NCBI GenBank assembly: GCA_963701315.1
Contig: OY969603.1
Span: 35,135 to 99,134 of the forward strand
Direction of reading: 5' to 3'
From: an uncultured Acidobacteriota bacterium
GTDB lineage: Bacteria; Acidobacteriota; Vicinamibacteria; Vicinamibacterales; Fen-181
Length of the DNA: 64,000 nt
Positions 61,208-64,000 of the stretch are shown in pieces; position 1 is the stretch's first letter; each line of letters opens with the position of its first letter. The notes under the pieces were generated by a model. It was given only the letters and a program-made list of their open reading frames with translations, ran no database searches and was not told the DNA's origin. The position numbers and the translations under genes are program-made.

Positions 61208-61463
61208 GTCGTCATCTCCCCCTATTCCACGTTTTACCCGACCTTCACTTCGCCATTGTAACCAGAAACGAGGCGGCCCTGCCGGATCTGCTGGGACATC
61301 GCTCGCCCCCAGTTCGTCGCCAAGGGTTCTTCGCGCGGTCTGCCAGGGCCCTCCGGCCGTCGAACCTGCCGGGAGATGACCGCGCCCGAAGCCCGATTCG
61401 TGCGGGTGAGGGTGTGTTCGGAACTCGCTGCGGTGGGTGGGTCGATGGCCGCCTTTGGCGTCG

Positions 61464-61871
61464 TCATCGTCCCTTCAGCCGCCTCAGGGCCCGGCGCTCG
61501 CGCTTGTCGGGGCTCCGGTGGACCTGCGGTCCGAAGGAGCGACGGAAGGCGCGCTCCAACTCCCGCTGCTCGACTTCCTCCGGCGTCGGGGGAGGCGTTC
61601 GGTCGTCGTACAGCCCCCGGGCGACCGCCTTCGGAACGTGACGATCCGCGACGGCGCAGACGACCACCACCTGCCGCCGTCCGGGAGGACGGGTGATCCG
61701 GATCTCATCGCCGACCCGCACTTGGCGATGGGGCTTGCTGGCCTGACCATTCACGTCCACCTTTCCGCCGTTGCAGGCTTGCTGGGCCTCCGAGCGAGTC
61801 TTGAATAGGCACGCGACATCTAGCCAGATGTCGAGTCGGACGGCGGCAGGCGCGGGTGGACGCTCAGTCAT
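61464..61871 (-). CDS. hslR: S4-domain ribosome-associated heat shock protein Hsp15
   Basis: VRLDIWL..ACLFKTRSEA...GGKVDVNG..KP...VGD; SPDKRERRALRRLK. Confidence 0.9.
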   Translation of the reverse strand: MTERPPAPAAVRLDIWLDVACLFKTRSEAQQACNGGKVDVNGQASKPHRQVRVGDEIRITRPPGRRQVVVVCAVADRHVPKAVARGLYDDRTPPPTPEEVEQRELERAFRRSFGPQVHRSPDKRERRALRRLKGR

Positions 61872-62297
61872 CGCCACAGCTTTCCAGCATCCGTCAACCT
61901 GCCGGAAGCCTTCCCACGAGCTTCAGCAACGCCACCGCGTGTATTGAGGCCAGACACGTCTGTTCTGACATCAGACAGACTGCTCGTGTGTTTCAACGGC
62001 CCAGTCGGCGACGACCACACGCCTCAGCTCCGAACCTCGTTGTTCTCACGGTCTTGCGGCGTTTCGCATTCGGTTGACGGTTCGGTTGTCCGCTGGCCCG
62101 CGAGTTGCTCTCAAGGAGGGTGCTCTCATCGTTCCTGCGTGGGGAACCAGACGAGCACGATGACCCGCGTGAGCGGGCCTTCGGAATCCCTACCGGGTCG
62201 GTCCGGCCGTCGCAAGCCGACGCGCACATGGGCCGACCCGAGCCCCCTCCGCAGAATTCCCGGGCGGGCGCCTCTGGCGTCCGCCTGGGCCACCCAC

Positions 62298-62897
62298 TCA
62301 GCCCAGCGACTCCAGATACCCTCTCAACTGATTGAACGCCAAGCCGCGGTGGCTTACGCGGGCCTTTTGCGCGGCCGCCAGTTCCGCCAGCGTGCAGCCC
62401 GAGGGTGGGTGGAAGAACACCGGGTCGTACCCGAAGCCGTGCGTCCCTCGTGGTGGGGCGGTGATGTGGCCTTCCACCGTGCCGCGCGCCTCGAACAACA
62501 CGCGTTCGCCCTCGGCGAGGGCGAGCGCGCACACGAAGCGCGCCGGGCTTTCGGGCTGGCTCCGCTCGGACAAGAGTCGATAGATCAGCGCAAACTTCTC
62601 CGGGTAACTCCGGGCCGTGTCGCCGCCGAACCGCGCGGAGTAGATGCCGGGCGCACCGTCGAGCGCGTCGATTTGCAGCCCCGAGTCCTCAGCAACCACC
62701 AGGCCCTCAGTGGCGGCCGCGTAGTAGAGGGCCTTGAGCCGGGCATTCTCGGCAAATGTCGCCCCTGTTTCCTCCGGTTCGGGGATCGGCGGAAAGTCGC
62801 CGAGCGCGAGGACCTCGATCGGGAGACCAGCCAGCACGCCTCGGATCTCGCGCAGTTTGCCAGCGTTGGTCGTGGCGAGGACCAGGGTTGGCGTCAT
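62298..62897 (-). CDS. rdgB: Non-canonical purine NTP pyrophosphatase (RdgB/HAM1)
   Basis: LATTNAGKLRE, ENARLKA, EDSGL, GAPGIYSAR, GFGYDPVF, VSHRG. Confidence 0.96.
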   Translation of the reverse strand: MTPTLVLATTNAGKLREIRGVLAGLPIEVLALGDFPPIPEPEETGATFAENARLKALYYAAATEGLVVAEDSGLQIDALDGAPGIYSARFGGDTARSYPEKFALIYRLLSERSQPESPARFVCALALAEGERVLFEARGTVEGHITAPPRGTHGFGYDPVFFHPPSGCTLAELAAAQKARVSHRGLAFNQLRGYLESLG

Positions 62898-62904
62898 GGC
62901 GGCG

Positions 62905-63642
62905 TCAGACGGAGGCGGCCACGTCGTTGCCGATGATGGTCCGCTGGAGCACATTGAGCTGGCGGATTCCCTCCTGCGCGAGGTCGAGCAGCGTGTTCAG
63001 CGCATCGCGCCCGAACGGCGCCGTCTCGGCCGTGCCCTGCACTTCCACGAAACGACCGCCGCTCGTCTGGACGACGTTCATGTCGACCTCCGCGTGCGAG
63101 TCCTCCTCGTAGGCGAGGTCGAGCAGCGGCGTGCCGTCCACGATGCCAACGCTCGTGGCGGCGACGCACTCGCGCACGGGTATGGCCGACAGGACGCCTT
63201 GGTCGCGCAGTTTCCGGAGCGCCAGCACCAGTGCCACGAACCCGCCCGTGATCGACGCCGTCCGGGTCCCGCCGTCGGCCTGGATGACGTCACAGTCGAT
63301 CCAGATCGTGCGTTCGCCGAGATCGCCGAGGCGCGTCACAGCGCGCAGCGACCGACCGATCAGGCGCTGGATCTCCTGTGTGCGCCCGCCGACCTTGCCC
63401 GCCGACGCCTCGCGCTGATTGCGGGTCGTGGTGGCACGAGGCAGCATGCCGTACTCGGCGGTTACCCAGCCCTTGCCCGAGTTGCGGAGGAAGGGTGGCA
63501 CTCGGTCCTCGACGCTTGCGGTGCAGATGACGCGTGTGTCACCCGCTTCGATGAGGACGGAGCCCTCCGCGTGTTTCACGAAGTCGGGCGTGAGGATGGT
63601 CGGGCGGAGAGCGTTGACGGACCGGTTGTTCAACCTTGGCAT
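62905..63642 (-). CDS. rph: Ribonuclease PH
   Basis: [56 protein letters not shown]. Confidence 0.97.
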   Translation of the reverse strand: MPRLNNRSVNALRPTILTPDFVKHAEGSVLIEAGDTRVICTASVEDRVPPFLRNSGKGWVTAEYGMLPRATTTRNQREASAGKVGGRTQEIQRLIGRSLRAVTRLGDLGERTIWIDCDVIQADGGTRTASITGGFVALVLALRKLRDQGVLSAIPVRECVAATSVGIVDGTPLLDLAYEEDSHAEVDMNVVQTSGGRFVEVQGTAETAPFGRDALNTLLDLAQEGIRQLNVLQRTIIGNDVAASV

Positions 63643-63649
63643 AGGCCTC

Positions 63650-64000
63650 TTATCGGATTGGCGGCGTTTGAGCCGGTGTGTCGCGGGCTGGTTCCGGCCC
63701 GCTCGGGGGCGGCAGAGTGCCGGGAGGCGGCGTGGGCGCCGCCGCCGGCGGTTCGGAGCTCGGTTCCTCGACCCACGCCAGGTTCTTCGCGAGCGGACGG
63801 CGCAGATCCACGTGGCCGGCGAGCGTGTCCACCTCGTGTCCACCGACCAGGATCTGGACGGCAGCCACGGCAGGCAGGTTGGCGGTGAGCGCGTCGACCA
63901 CCGCGTAGACGGTCAGCACCTCGTCGAGGGTGCCGCCCGAGTGGCCGTTCGTCACCTCCGAGCTCAGGTCCACGAATGCCTCGCCCCGGTCGCTGAGGTA
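63650..64000 (-). CDS. GerMN domain protein (partial; starts outside the window)
   Basis: AFVDLS...[37 protein letters not shown]; usual neighbour of rph. Confidence 0.85.
   Translation of the reverse strand, partial: YLSDRGEAFVDLSSEVTNGHSGGTLDEVLTVYAVVDALTANLPAVAAVQILVGGHEVDTLAGHVDLRRPLAKNLAWVEEPSSEPPAAAPTPPPGTLPPPSGPEPARDTPAQTPPIR

Noticed and set aside
61880-62297. Intergenic region between rdgB and hslR as an ncRNA
   Set aside because: No recognisable family motif or convincing structure by eye; it would need an Rfam scan.

Overview
GC-rich bacterial DNA. The protein style suggests Acidobacteriota, possibly Vicinamibacterales-like; this is inference, as no marker gene proves it. The left edge holds a fructose-like PTS operon (HPr-EI fusion, EIIB, EIIC) divergent from a TPP enzyme. 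From 5 to 41 kb lie mixed metabolic, envelope and efflux genes: a sigma54-type CzcCBA/CusCBA RND operon, a DsbA-fold protein with an in-frame TGA at the U-x-x-C position followed by a SECIS-like hairpin (likely selenoprotein), two hemerythrins, and a Csp/RRM/Crp cluster between two B12-radical SAM genes. From 41 to 60 kb is an accessory region anchored on tRNA-Pro(UGG) at 60390-60466 (- strand). Three further copies of the tRNA 3' half (58691, 56826, degenerate 43546) split it into a tandem array: two integrase-less 1.7-1.9 kb mini-islands, each with one toxin-antitoxin module (MNT-HEPN; HigBA), and a decayed 13 kb island. In that island an intact RIT element sits exactly inside the HDLRH codons of a tyrosine-integrase remnant. 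The right edge is core genome (hslR, rdgB, rph, GerMN). Nine apparent +1 frameshifts in seven ordinary genes all fall in two sequence contexts (G[G]TACT, GGAT[T]C), so they are best read as motif-specific sequencing errors, possibly methylation-linked, not as pseudogenes.
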